DNA from: Gordius albopunctatus
Lineage: Eukaryota
DNA: 64,000 nt
NCBI GenBank assembly: GCA_964276515.1
Contig: OZ193910.1
Span: forward strand, 372,001-436,000
Direction of reading: 5' to 3'
The notes below the pieces were generated by a model. It ran no database searches and was not told the DNA's origin. It was given only the letters and a program-made list of their open reading frames with translations. The stretch's first letter is position 1; each line of letters begins with the position of its first letter. Below are positions 37,693 to 52,066 of the stretch, one piece after another. The translations under genes were made by a program, and so were the position numbers.

Positions 37693-39295
37693 CAGTGGCG
37701 AAGCTAGAGGGGCCGGCCCCCCCCCCCCCAAGAGCAAAAACCGGGTCCATGGGCCCCCAAAGCGAAAAATTAAGAAACAATATAAAGATTATTATTATTG
37801 TTTCTGAATAAAAGTTTTAATTATAATATTACAAATAAAAATAAAGATGCTGTATAAGACAATAAAGGGTGAAAAATTTTATTATTTTGATTAAAATAAT
37901 TTTAACTATCCCAATAATTTCATGTTCACGCGAAAGATCGTTCTCATTGCTAAAACGGATTAAAACATATCTTCGTTCCACGATTGGACAAGATAGTTTA
38001 TCTTCCTTAGCTTTATTGAGCTTCGAAGATGACTTTACAAATGTTATTCCCCCGGATGATATTATAAATTCGTTTGCAACATAAAGTAAAAGGCGTAATG
38101 ATCTACTATTAAAGGACTAATTTTAATATTTAATGAAAAATTATCTGGGTTTTTAAACTTGTTTTAAACTCTTTAACACTTTCAAATTATATTAAAATAT
38201 TATTAAATTTACGAAAATTCCATCCTGTATTCAATTTTATTGTTTAACATACCTTGACTATTTTTATATACCACATGAACATATAAAGCCAATAGTTTTC
38301 CAAAAAATAGTTTGTACATCATTTTTTCCCCTTATCATAAGTTTGATAAATTAATATTAATGACCAATTCCTAAATTTTATACAATTGTTAACGCATCAA
38401 AACTTTCGAGGGATAAAAATCCTAAAAAAAATCATTATGTTTTTTTTTAAACGCTAAGTTGTTCTGTGAATCTCACATCTTTAATTTCATCTAAAATTAT
38501 TAAATAAAATTTTGATTCATTTAATTTTGACAGAATATTTTTAAGGTTCATTTAGCCGTTAAATTTATTAGTTCATTTTAATTTTAGGTAGTGTAAAGGG
38601 GGGGGGTTGTGCAAATATATCTATAATATCAACGGGCAAGAACTTCTAAATTCTAATTTTAATTTCATAATTAACTTTTTTTATATTTTATGTTATAATT
38701 GCGCCTTTTGAGGATCTAACTTAAAAAAAGGCTTGAATGTTCTCATTGTTTCCTGATATAAAGGCTGCCTGATAATGCTGCCAATATTGCATATGTAAAA
38801 TTATAATTTTTAATATATGGCCATGATTTTTTGGGGTTGTGGCAATAAAATGTTTGTATAAAAACTTTGTTGTATAGTTTTTTTTAACTATTTGCATTAT
38901 TTTTCCCCGTTCCACTTTGTACATTTACAATTCATTTATACAAAACTTATTATACCATGTGAAATTTTCTATATTGTTTAAACTACATCACTTCACTTTG
39001 TTTTATTTAAGAATAAATTTTATTTATTTTATGCCCTATAAACATGAGGGGACATATTAGTGTGATGTTAATAAAAAAATACACTAAATAGTAACGGGAT
39101 TTTAAGTTTGTCCAAGGTTTATGAGAGAAAAAATTTTCAATTGGATTTGAACCATGGTCGTATTTGGGTTTTGTACCGGGGGGGGGCAAAACATAAATAT
39201 TTTTATTCTTAAGGGTGTGGGTAGGAATTTACTTTTGCCCCCCCTATATTTGACCAGCTAAGCCCCCCAAGGCGAAGAGGCTAGCTAAGCCACTG
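37693..39295 (+). mobile_element. Non-autonomous hAT element with transposase C-terminal remnant
   Basis: TIR CAGTGGCGAAGCTAG / CTAGCTAAGCCACTG; TSD TTAAAATA / TTAAATTA; LTIPIISCSRERSFSLLKRIKTYLRST at 37869-38084. Confidence 0.85.
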
Positions 39296-39518
39296 TTAAA
39301 TTATACCTAAAGATGGTAATAAACAAATTGTTTGCTTAATTAATATTATTTGGCGGATTATGCTCATATGTTTTATGTATTTATTATCAAGATTTAGGAT
39401 TCATAACAATTAAAATTTGGTTCCCCCTTCCCAAAAAAATAGCAAAATTAAGTTGGACAAAATTTGACCAAAAATGTACTGAAATGTATAGCATTTAAAA
39501 ATCATATGATAATATTTC

Positions 39519-42500
39519 ATGCCTCCAACAATTCAGACGTCTAACGAAAGAATCGATAGAAAAAGCAGAGGTGGAACCGATAAAAGGTTAATAGATTTTT
39601 AATTTTTTAAGTTTAGGTGTGTATATATAGATCTGATTTATTGGTTAAAGTAAAATATACTAATGCTTTACCAGATGTTCCTTTTGAACCAAAATTTCTA
39701 AAGTATCCATTCGATTCAAAAAGGTATCAATACAATTAACACATTTATATACAAATTAAGGTTTGTAAAGTATTGTCCAACCTCTTTGGAAAAAAATTAT
39801 AAATTTGATATTATCACTGAACATGACTTAGGTGTTCACATAGATTTAATTGACCCTGACACTTATAAAATAGATAAAAATGGTAAATTACTTGTCAAAT
39901 ATATACATTAGTTAAATTAGCTAATTTAGATCCTGCTGATGAAAAATTACTTGAGGATGATTCAATTGTTCCCGTGGATAATAAACGTGCAACTAGACAT
40001 GCCAAAGCTGTCCCATGGCTACGACGTACTGAATATATTTCAACTGAATATAATAGATATACGCAGTCATCTGAAAAGGTTGAAAGCAAGTAAGAAATTA
40101 TCAGTTATTTTGACATAAAAAACTATGAGGCATATAAATTATTGTAATTATTTTTAAAAAATTTAGTTATTTAATACAATGCTTAAAAATATAATAGGAT
40201 TGGTTACAGAATTAAAAACATAATTAAAGATGATGATGTGTATAAAGATCGTGAAAGTCAAGTTAAAGCCATTGATCAAAGTTTTGAAGCTGTTAAAGAA
40301 AAAGTTAGTCCATTTTATTTTTATCAAATTCCAAGTAAATTTTATTATGCCATTTTGAGATTAGTATTTAACTAAAATAAATAATTTATTCATAAAAATA
40401 TAGGCTACAGTACATTACAGTAAACCCAATGTGCATGCTGTGGAAGAATTACCACTTTATCCAGATTTCAAATTGTGGAGACACCCATGTGCTCAAGTTA
40501 TATTTGATTCCGATCCTTCTCCCGGAGGTCAATTGCCAAAAAACATCCAAGAAGAACTTATGTCCCAAGCAATGATTAGGTACAAAGTTTTGCAAAGTCA
40601 TAAATTATATTAAGTTCTTAAAATAACTTGCGAACATTAGACTTTGTTTTTATTTTTCATTCTTATTTCTTCTATAAATTTTGCAACTGCATTAATTTGC
40701 TCTGACTTTAAATGTGCACCCCCAAAATAGGACTAGGTTATTTTATGACTTTATTACCTCCTTACAAATTTTTATTAGTTGATGGAAATGGCAAGTTCTG
40801 TGTTTATGATTTCTCAATTTACATAGCTTGATGTTACAGAAGAGTCTGAAAATGCAATCTATTTTTTTTGCATTTTGTGATTATTTTTTTTAACTCTGAA
40901 AGGGTGGAATATTTTTAAAAGGGATATTTTTAATAAATCCTATTTTAAGGAATTTACAAATTACTTCTTATATTTCATATATCAATAGGCAAAATAAAAT
41001 TTATACCCTATTTGAAAAAATAAAATGTAAAATACGAGATCTCAATCAAAATTATATTACTCTTTCTTTGAATATGAAATTTTTAAACTTGCTAAGCAGT
41101 CGATAATTTGGTTAAAAAAATTGATTTGTATTTTCATCTTGATAAAATGCATGTAAAATTTCAAATGTAACCATTAAGGGGTATGATGGATGAAAGTGGT
41201 AATCAATTTGTAGCCTATTTTTTGCCGACTGAAGACACATTGGAACAATTGAAAAAGGATTTTATCGAAGATATGGATTACACAGAAAGCCAGAAGTAAT
41301 ATTTTATCGGAAGAATCTCATTTTAAATATTTTAATAAATATGCTCAAAATTTGCAGAAATAATCATTTTAAAGTAAATTTTTATCAACTTAGCCGCTAG
41401 CTCAAGTATAGAGTAATTTAAAGGAGAAATGTTATAGCAATGTTAATATCTAATTTTGCAAACAGCGAAATTCTTCAAAGCTAAACAACAATGAATTTTA
41501 ACTTTTTTATAGTTTTGCGAAAGGAAATTTTAGTACAAAAATACCTAACAAATGAAATAAAAACATTCAGATATTGCAAGCGAAGTATATTCACAAAAAT
41601 TAATACCGATTTTCTATTTTATAAAAAAAAGATTTGAGATTATCATGGAATAGCAAAAAAAATTTCCCCTATTCTAACTTTTTTATATTAGTTACACATA
41701 CAAAATGGCCCGTGAATACAATTGGAATGTTAAAAACAAGCTGTCCAAAGGCTACGAGGAGAACTACTTTTTCGTGCTCCGACCCGAAGGAGCATTTTAC
41801 AACGAATTGGAAACGAGGTAAAGTGCTTCCGCGCAATACCAAACGCCATCTTGCTTTTTTTGTTTTTACTAGACAATAATTTATAAGCAAAACTATAAGA
41901 ATAAATATCACAGCTAGATTAAAATAAATCTATCTTATCATGTGTTTTGCCCGATAAAAGTTATAATTATTAAAAAATAGTTACATTGGTGGATTATCAA
42001 TTAAGGGTTATTGGGCCCACCATCGTAAATTATATGATCAGTCTTAATATAATAAAGCAAATCATTATATTTTTTATTAATTCTATATCTAATTTTGTTT
42101 ATTTTGGCTCTCTTAGGGTTCGGTTGAGTAAGCGTAGATTGATGCAGGGCCAACAAAGTCAAGTAAATCGTACCAAATTAGCGGTGAAGTATAGACCCTT
42201 CAACGAAAACGAGATTCGTTCTCAGGTTTTATCATTCATACTTAATTATCTGTAATTATATAATTTTATTAATATTTTGTTTTTGAGAAAATTAATACGA
42301 TACTATTTTGCTGATATAAATATGAGAATATTAACTATTATTAATACCGTCCTTCTGCTCAAAATCCTCACAATTTTCTGGGGGAATTTAAGCGGGATCT
42401 ATTAATATCGAATTATTTAGAGAGGGCAGCAGTCAAAGTTTAATTTTTCGGGGGAAAAACTACTTTGGGTGGAAACTCTTTATCTTTCATAGTTTTAGTT

Positions 42501-43259
42501 TAGTTAACACGATCTAACTATATGTTGTAATATTTGTCAACGTTGCGTGAAGAATGTGCGCTTGTCCCAAGTGCTGCCTCAAGAACCTGGGGAGCCCCCA
42601 GGAACGGCACCTGCCCACCCCGACCCAGATCAGGTTGACTTAAATTCAGAAACTGGCTCAGAACAGAGCTCTCCTCAACCCCATGCCGGTAAAATTAAAT
42701 TTTCGACTCTGGGGTCTCCAGGGACCCCAGATCTCTCTTAAGAACGTCCTGGTAATGATGATTAAGATGCCATTATGTTGAAAGTCAAAAAATTTAGGAA
42801 CTTTTTCATTTATGTGACCAAATTATTGTGTCAAGTATTTTATTCGTTTTCGCCAGTATAATATCTATATAGGATCAATTTAAAATTTGGTTTTTCTAAT
42901 ATAGACTAGTGGCCTTTTATTTTTCTTGAAATTGTACTTCAGTCGAGATCAATATTTTTTATATATAAATCTAAGAGTCAAAAACATGATTAAGTATAAA
43001 TTTAAAATTTATGGAACTATTTTTCAAAATTAAGTATTAAAATAAATTAAAATTAAGCAGTTAATTAACTCCTTTTTCAATTTGTACCGAAAATTATTTG
43101 ATATTAATTTATAACTCCTTAGCTGAGCAGCAGCAATACAATTCGGACGGAGATTCTATTCAAGATGGCGACCCTCATGGTGATAGTGTCGTTCAAAACG
43201 TCGTGCCAGCTGACGAAGATGAAATATTTGGGAGCGATGAATACGATGATTCAGAATGA
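39519..43259 (+). CDS. PAF1: RNA polymerase II-associated factor 1 homolog, ~11 exons
   Basis: Exons 39519-39586, 39631-39723, 39761-39882, 39921-40089, 40198-40303, 40404-40579, 41179-41295, 41692-41817, 42117-42225, 42553-42688 (least certain) and 43123-43259. Motifs [65 protein letters not shown]. Confidence 0.95.
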
Positions 43260-45350
43260 AACCGATCAAACACATTTATATTAACGATTTAAAAGCATAT
43301 TTATTTTACAAATCTGTAAATATTTTTATGTTTGTTTGATGAAATGCATATCTCAAATAATTTAAAATTAAATATATTAAAAATTTCCAAAACCATAGGG
43401 TATTCATTGAATATTCTGGCATCATTCATAATTATCTTTTGTTCATAAACTATAAAAAAGGATTTTCACTCATTGAAGCGTTATTATTTCCGAATTTGCC
43501 ATATAAATGCCTAGTTTTTTTTAAAAATTATTTAGCCATAATAAACGAAACTAATGGATTGATCAGCTCTTTTGAGAGAAGAACATCGTGTTGTTATATA
43601 TTTTAAAAATGAAATTAAAAGGCCAAAATTGAGTGAATTGATCACTGATTAATTGAATTATATGCCATTTATTATTTAAATATTATTTTGATTTTTTTGT
43701 TAATAATTATGTTATCTTTTATGTTTTAATTTAGCCATCTAAAATGTGAGTTATAATAATAATTAAATTTGTTTTATTAGCTAATACAGCTATTGTGAAG
43801 CTAAGTGATATTGAACCTTATTGGATTCAACTTTGTTTTTTATTAGTGTTGAGAAAGCTTAACAATTATTATTATCATATTTGTACTGCATTTGTAGTAT
43901 CCAAATTTATTTTATGTTTGTGAATCCTTTTAAACATCTTTGACAACATGGGCGGTGGCAGGAAGGGGGCTGCTCCTCAAAAATGCCCCGCTCTAAATTC
44001 AATCCTCGCTACGCCCATGCTTGATGCAAATAATTGATATATAAATGGATGATGATGATGATGAGTTATGTTTGTTTTGTGCCATCATAACAACACCTAT
44101 TTATGACGAAAACTTTCTTAATTTTTACTCCAACTAAAGGATAAAGCTGCTCAGCTTCTTTACATGTTCGTTATTATGCCTATTTGATATCCTTTTATTT
44201 GGTGAAGAAGGGAAGCTTTGCTAACAAATTTTGATAATATTATTACGTTAACATCTACTCATTTAAAGGACGAAATTCCGCCCTCACCTCCCCACTTTTT
44301 TCCTTGCTATAGAATTCACTTCTTTTAATACCAATTCTACACTCTGTGGGGGCCTGGCAGCAACACTAAATAGCAACAATACTTATAAATTATAATACCT
44401 ACCTATTCGGTTAGTAACTCACATATACCACAACAGTTACCACATTATCCAACTGGCCCTCGTTATTATTTCATGATGTATACTTTTAGTAACATCGATT
44501 TGAATATTGGCATCCAATAATTTTATTTCAGTTGTTGCCTCACGCTCTGGTTCCTCTAATAAATAGGCAATGGTTTTTTTGAAGAAATCAGTAAAAGCTC
44601 TCTGAAATGTAATAGAAATTTCACCTCCTTTTTACTCAGGTAATAACTTGGGATTTTATTTCTAAGATACAACTTTAAATCCTTTGCCGACTCTTGGGGT
44701 GTTTTAGACGATATTGATACATAGACTAGATAGACTCTCATGTCATATGTTTCACATGGTAAATTGTGTGTTAAAATTTTCTCAATTTTGAAGACAACAA
44801 CTGGTGTATTTCAACCATGTCATTTTGCGCTATAACAGACAATTTACCTTCCTCACTAGTTAATATAAATTAATATTATTCGAAATATAGATGGCGCTAA
44901 ACAAACTTTCATCACAGTTTTTATATTTTTATAATTTTTAGAATTTTGTTTTTGATATATGCCCGTTCAATATTTTTTATTTACCCTTTTGAAAGTATTT
45001 AATTTACAAAAATTACTAATATCTATATAATCATTACTTTATCATGTTATCATCAAAATGGAAAAAATGTTACACATATTATGCATTGATTAGCAGTCTA
45101 TCTAGTCTAGGAATATACTACCTACCGACTCATCGTACTTTACAAATACTAAAACAGTTTAAACATTATATAACTGGCCCTCGTATATATTTTATGATGT
45201 ATACTTCTTAGTCTTGACTTGATAATGACTGCTAGTTGGGGTAGTCTTATTAGTTGTATAGGATTGTAAAAATTTTACCGTCAATGAATTCCATTTCCAT
45301 GCCTCCAAACGAGGAAATGAACCCGCAACTGGTGTCAAAATTTTTATTAA

Positions 45351-45925
45351 CCCTGGAGAGTATTCCTGAAAATCCCGAACGCGAGAGTATTCGTGGGGTA
45401 TAACTTTACCACACTGTTTAACTTCTTATAACTTTCAAAGTTTTATTTTAAAACCTTTAAAATTTTAAACATGGGTTTATAAAGGTCTTAAGATCGCTGG
45501 TATAAATTTTGATATAAATCTAATCAACATTACACCCCATTTTTATTTTGTTTATTTTAGAGCTTCCCCTCATTTTACTTCTTGATATCATATACCTTAA
45601 AATAAATCAAAACAAAAGTGATTTTTTTATTAAAAGAATGTTCAAAATGTATTAAAAACACAAATTGTAAAGGATATCATCAAACAAAAAAAATACATAC
45701 ATTTTTTCCAACAGAAAAAAACTTACGTAAGAGCATTCGTGGGGTAAAATTTACCCCACGAGCCAAAAAAGCTTCTATATTTAAAAAGTATTAAGCCAAA
45801 ACCTATGAAATTTTTACCTTACCTAGTTCTTGATAAAATATTAAGCTACTGAAAAGTCCAAATTTATTAGACTTAAATTATAATTTGCGTGGGGTATCAA
45901 AATATCCCACGAATACTCTCGCGGG
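45351..45925 (+). mobile_element. piggyBac-like MITE
   Basis: TTAA on both sides (45347-45350 / 45926-45929); TIR CCC(TG/GC)GAGAGTATTC; internal repeats GAGAG(T/C)ATTCGTGGGGTA. Confidence 0.88.
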
Positions 45926-46709
45926 TTAATAAAAAGTGTTAATAATCGCTTAATTATCACACATATATTATTAAAAATCAAATTCTTTCCATTTTCAATG
46001 TCTTTGCTCGCCCCTCTTTTAAAAACTTTAACTCGGGAGCTTTCTTCCCTAACATCGAACACGATATGAATCTAAATTTAAAGTATAAAAATTGTAGGAG
46101 ATCTTAATTCGTCCCTAAGTAACGAAAAACACAATTTAGCTTACTCTATGGGATAGACCAATAGAAATGGTAAAATTCTTAAAAAGTCTGCAGTAAAATC
46201 TCTCAAACTTCATAAATCCCCAATTCACCTAAACTCTTACAATCTCTCTTCACCATAATCTGGATTCCCCAAGCATGGTCCGGTTTGCTTAGAAAAATAT
46301 ACACAAAATGAGATCTTTCTATTTCTCACAGTTATAGAGGTATAACTATAATGGATAATATATTTCAAATTTTTATAAAGATCATATATACACCGGTTTA
46401 CCACTATATCAATAATAACTTATAGACCGACCGCGGCTTTTTGCAAGTCCAAAACAACAACTGAACACATTCTAACTAGAGATGGCGATATAGGGTAATT
46501 TCCGGGGAAAATTGGAAAATTCCCAGGGGAAATTTTAAATTTCCCTATAGTTTTCCTGATATCATCTATTATGTTTTTACAATGTGATTCTAATATGCCT
46601 CGAGGCTATTTTTTAAATTAATATTGGCGCTTTAATCATCTAGATCCATTATAATAATATATTCAATTAAGTAATTACATTTACATATCATGTTTCGTTA
46701 ATAATAATT

Positions 46710-48017
46710 CTCTTCTTTAAAAACCAAATTAGACATTTTTAAATCTATGCCATCTCATCATTCTTTTTATATTATAAAAAATTATTACAACATTAGCAAA
46801 ATTTTATTCTGCTTCCGCTCTACGCAAGCTTTTTTATTTAAAGAAGTTTTACAGGACTATGAAAACTTTTTTAAATCCACTCTTGAATCAATTTTAAATA
46901 TTTCCTTTAACACCAATACTTGGCTTCAAGCCACACTTCCCACAAAATCCGGTGGCCTTGGTATTCGCTCCCCATCTGCGATTTCCCTAGCCGCCTTTAT
47001 TTCTTCCTCTCTATCTTTTAAACATCATATCAACGACCTTGTCCCATTCCCACTTAATCCCTCCATAAATCAAGCCCTATCCTTATGGAATGAGAACGTC
47101 AATGTAGGAGCTAATATACCACAATCATACGCTCAAAAAGATTTGGATGCAAGCTTGGTGTCGCGGTCCGTTGCTTACCTTCTCTCGACATGCGACGCCA
47201 AACAGCATTGCAACCTTAGGTCATTGGCTTTCGACCAATCCGGACATGAATGGCTTGAAGCTTACCCTAGTAAGTTTTCGGGTATGTTTTTGGAGAATCC
47301 TACCCTCTCCTACAATAAAGCCCTCCGCTTGGGCTGTAAATACACGTCCTCATACCCCTGCCGGCTTTGTAATTCACTTGTAGATGAGGAAGCACGTCAC
47401 CCTCTGCATTGTAAATTTAACAAAAGCCGGTATGGTAGGCACCAAAAAATAAATACACTACTTCAAGCTGCCCTCAAACGGGCAAAAGTCCCTTCGATCC
47501 TTGAACCTTCAGATCCCTCTCTCGAAGGGCGGATGCGCCCGGACGGTTCGTCCCTTATCCCATGGGACAAAGGCCTTTTCTTAAAATGGGACTACACCTG
47601 TATAGACCTTTTTGCCCCCTCCAACGATACTCACGACCCCCTTGGATCGGCGGAGCATCGGAAATCCTTAAAATATTCAGCTTTATCCCAAAACTCGATT
47701 TTTATTCCTATCGTCTCATCGTGCTCAGGGACATTTGGGAAGAGCGCTTTAATTTTTTTTAAAGAACTCAATAAACGCTCCTCCCCTTGTAAAATATCGA
47801 ATAGTTTTTTCCTACGACAATCAATTGCCATCGCGATCGCTAAATCTAATTTTTATTCTTTGATGGATTCAATGCCCATTCTCAAAGATGAAGAAACGGA
47901 TATTGAGTTTTAATCATTTTTTTTATATAAATTTTTTCGTTCTTGTATCTTTTTATTAATTCCACTCAATATTTAATACTTTTTATTTAATAAAGCATGT
48001 CAATTTAAAAAAAAAAA
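46710..48017 (+). mobile_element. 5'-truncated CRE-like LINE with poly(A) tail and ~92-95 bp TSD
   Basis: ORF 46747-47913 with QATLPTKSGGLGIR, CCHC (CRLC..HPLHC) and RPDG..WDYTC..AEHRKSLKY; flanks 46615-46709 and 48015-48109 are identical except for one base. Confidence 0.93.
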
Positions 48018-48221
48018 TTAATATTGGCGCTTTAATCATCTAGATCCATTATAATAATATATTCAATTAAGTAATTACATTTACATATCATGTTTTGTTA
48101 ATAATAATTAATATATGTATGTATTGAAAATAAAAAAACTTACAAAGGTCTATTCTATATAGCTAAAATACGAACTTCAAAGGTGAGTTTACAAAATATC
48201 TACTAATATCTTACTAAATAC

Positions 48222-50887
48222 TAGTGTTGTGATGGGCGCGCTAAATAGCGCGTCCTAGGTAGAGATGTAAAGTTGCTATTATGCTCCAACCTACCATATG
48301 TGCTTGGAGGAATAAGCTCTGTCATCAAGAGGGCTAAAATGCTTAAGAGGTTCCAGTTGTAACAGCAAATACAAACTCAAGCAGAAGGAATGAGGCGGGA
48401 TGAAGGACTTTAAATAAAAGTAGTTTTGTGCGAGCAATCGCTGATAGCAAGCTGCTCATCCATTTCGCTCAACGAATGTCTTAATTAATTATGTGATATA
48501 TCGCAATTAATCTGCTCAGCAAATGTATTGGAATGGTGGAAAATGAATGAGACACGCTTTCCGACACTCACTAAAATGGCTAGAGACTATTTAGGGCAGT
48601 CCATGGCAGGAAATATTTTTACAGCTAGAAGAAATGGTTTGTCCTCAAATACGATTACCCAAATTATGTGTGTAAAGTCTTGGGGAAATGTTAATTTAAA
48701 ATAATATTAGTTGTAATTTATGTGTATTTTTGGTGACATTTAATAAAATAATAATGCTGATTTGGTGTCAATACTTTAATTTGAACTAGAAATAGATATA
48801 TGTAAATAAATTAAAAATATTTTTGCCATGTTTTAAACAATAAATTCCAAAATCTTTTGCCAAAAAAATATTAAATTTTAACCTGGCTTAAAAGACCATA
48901 TTAAAAATGTCAAAAAATTTATTAGCATTTGGGTGAGACAGAAAATTAAAAAATATATAATGCCAAAAATTTTCATGTATAAAAAAATTTTTTAATATCA
49001 TTAAGCTATTTTAGCCATATATAAAGAATATTCTATAAAGCGAAATTTCCCACTTTTTATAAAACTTTGCATTGTGACCTGGACTAAAAATATTATTAAA
49101 TATAAATTTAGAAACATTAAGTCATATTTAGAATGTCAAAAAAAATATTTATACAATAAAATATAATTTCGCCATTTATAAAAAATAAATTTTTAAAAAT
49201 CATTTTAGATATATATAATTATATTCGAAAAAAATTATAGTTCGTACCTTTAATAAAATTTTAACATTGACACCTGTTCTTAAAAACGATAAAATATAAA
49301 GTTAAACCATATTAAAATTGTCAAACAGATTATTACCACCTGGGTGAGACAGAAAATTAAAAAATTTATAATTAAATAATTTTTTTTTAATTTTTGGCAT
49401 GTATAAAAAATAAATTATAAGATCATTAACAAAAAATTTGATCTTAAAAAATTTTTACCCCCCCCCCTTTAGGAAATCCGACTTACGCCTATTCAAATAG
49501 CCACAATAATTGTTGAAAAACAGAATGTACTGTGTTAAAAGTAAGGACGCTTTAATGAGAACATTATGTTATGATGAGCAGTTTAGATAAACTGCTTGCT
49601 CATAGCATTTGCTCATATGAAATAGGTTATTCAATTTATAATGCTGCTCAGGCACACAGCTCTATACATGAGTTACTTTTTGCTACTACCCCTTCGCCTA
49701 TCGAGCATTGTCATCTAGTACATCAACAGCCTCATGAGTAGAATAGGATACACAGTGCGTGTGAGGGGGCAGAGCTCACAGTGAGCAATGCTCATTGGAG
49801 CAAATCACCATCACTAGTCCTAGGGTGTGCTAAGGGGGTATTATAGTCTTAAAAAAAAGAGCCGCACCCACATTGTTAGTCTCCTTTTCTGGTGAAGACA
49901 TTGAGTGCGGGTGTGTTAAATACGGACCATTAGCTAGTCTATTATTTTTTCATAGAGACCCGATGGACCCTTAGATATATGCTAAGGGGGTGTTATTAGC
50001 TAGTTGTTATTGTCATCATCATCAACACGATGTGTGCTGTTGTTGTGCCTGCAGTGAAGTCAAACTTGTTAATCTCTAAGCTATCTTCCTATGTCCTATC
50101 TATAAAGTGTACTAATATTAAAGTAAAGACTTTGCTAAGCTAATACGAAACGATTACCTGACAGGACATTCAACTTTTATTATAACAATTAGGCCAGGGA
50201 CGTACGCAGGGTTGTATAAATTTTTTTGGGGGGGGAGGTATAAGGGGAAGGGAGGGTTACAATATCAAATAAACTTTATCTAAGCTTGGTGTTTTTGTTA
50301 TGCCCCTCCAAAAATATAATGTTATTAAGCCCTTGTAATTATTACACAAATTATAAATTATTTTTATCTTTCGACTAATTTTTATCTGTAACAAGTAAAA
50401 GCACAGCAAACATTCGATTTCAAAAAAAAATTATTTTTATCCAAAAAAACTCCTCCTTCAAAAAATCATTCGTATATGAGTGTCTTAAAGTCTTTGATGT
50501 AACTAAACTATAATATTTTCCCCCATTTAATTTAGTAATTAATCAAAAAAACTTCTCAGTCCCGTCCCCCCTCCCCCTCATTTACGCCACTGATTTATTC
50601 ACGATGTTGCTATTTTAAGTTAAAAAAAGTAAATAGTACAAAGAACCCCTCATGCCTCCTTATTTGTTTCATCAATGTGATGGTTAATGTGATGGCACAT
50701 GTGGCGGTTCTATTTTCTACAATTTAGGAGCATGGGGGGGGGGGGAGGGAATTAGTAAGAAAAAAGGGGGACCTTACAGTAGGCAAGAAGCGCGTCTTAC
50801 GATGCACCTTTATAAGGGTGTGCCCTCTTAGTCTCTTTCTTTCTATTGAGGCGTGGGTGTAAAATGGCGCCCCGCATAACATCACTA
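48222..50887. mobile_element. Non-autonomous hAT element C inserted in hAT A
   Basis: Termini TAGTGTTGTGATG / CATAACATCACTA; perfect TSD CTAAATAC (48214-48221 / 50888-50895). Confidence 0.85.
48260..49816 (+). mobile_element. hAT element D inserted in element C
   Basis: Termini TAGAGATG / CATCACTA; perfect TSD GTCCTAGG (48252-48259 / 49817-49824); remnant VLEWWKMNETRFPTLTKMARDYL at ~48525-48595. Confidence 0.85.
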
Positions 50888-52014
50888 CTAAATACAGGTT
50901 CCAACCATCATACAGGGGAATATATATGTGAAGAAATTAGCAACAAAATACAACAAATTGGCAGAGAAAAACTAATTGCTGTGGTTACTGATAATGCAGC
51001 TAACATCGAAAAAGCATGGGAACTTTTAAAAGCAAATTACAGTGCACTTGATTGTTTTGGGTGTGCAGCGCATGGCTTAAATTTACTCATCAAGGACATT
51101 TGTTCCAAAAATAAAGAGATCCGCCGTTTAATTAATAAAGCTAAAAATATAATAAAATATATAAAACGTAATTCAATTCTTATGGCTATATTGAAAGAGA
51201 AACAATTGTTAAAAGGAAACACACTTTCACTCAAAGTTCCAGGCCTTACTAGATGGGTGGGGTTGTCATAATGCTTGATAGCCTAATATCAAATAAAGCA
51301 GTTCTTCAAAAAATAGCTACTAGTGAAAGCTTTGAAAACAAAGATAAAAGAAAAACCTTGTTAAATAACGAAAATTTCTGGGATTCGCTTCTGTCCATAA
51401 GGCCCATCTTACGCATTATTTATTCAAAAATTCTGCAGGTAGAGGGAGACAGAGAAATAATATCACTAATTTAACTAAAAAAGGGAGCTTTTTTGTTGTC
51501 AGGACCTACACTTGGCCGCCTATATGCTCGATCCACGTTTTTGTGGGAAAGATTTGTGTGACAAGCAAGTGGCCAAAGCTTTAAAATGTATTTCTCGTTT
51601 GTGCGGCAATATGGAACTTCACCTTGGAAAGGTGATGGGGAATTTAGCAGAATTTCGATGAAAATAAGGGATATGGGGAGAGGCAACGATTTGGGCTAGT
51701 GTTGATTACACGACCCCATTAGCATGATGGAAAGGGATGTGCCTAAATCAAGCGATCAGTCCGCTTGCAATCAGATTATTCTCATTGCCACCTTCAAGTG
51801 CCGCTTCGGAAAGATATGGTCGAATTTTGGCAACGTACACACCAAACTAAGGAACAAATTAGCAAATGATAAAATAGGCAAAATTGTGGCCATAAGACAC
51901 AATTTACACCTTATCAATCGAATAAACACACCGGAACCGGATTATAATGTAATATTATCTTCGGATTCCATAGATGAAGATTTAGAAGAAATTAAATCAG
52001 CAGATACTGAATAA
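50888..52014 (+). pseudogene. hAT transposase remnant of element A
   Basis: HHTGEYI..VVTDNAANI..CAAHGLNL..LTRW, then frameshifted AAYMLDPRF and WSNFGNVHTKLRNKL. Confidence 0.9.
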
Positions 52015-52066
52015 TTTTAATCTGTTTATATACATAAGTAACATAAACTTTTTAGATTCACTCACT

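Noticed and set aside
44050..45220. Possible decayed CR1/L2-like LINE pieces (similar traces at ~3500-4200 and ~7350-7620)
   Set aside because: Only faint motif echoes and a short diverged duplication (44395-44495 versus 45112-45212); too weak to annotate.
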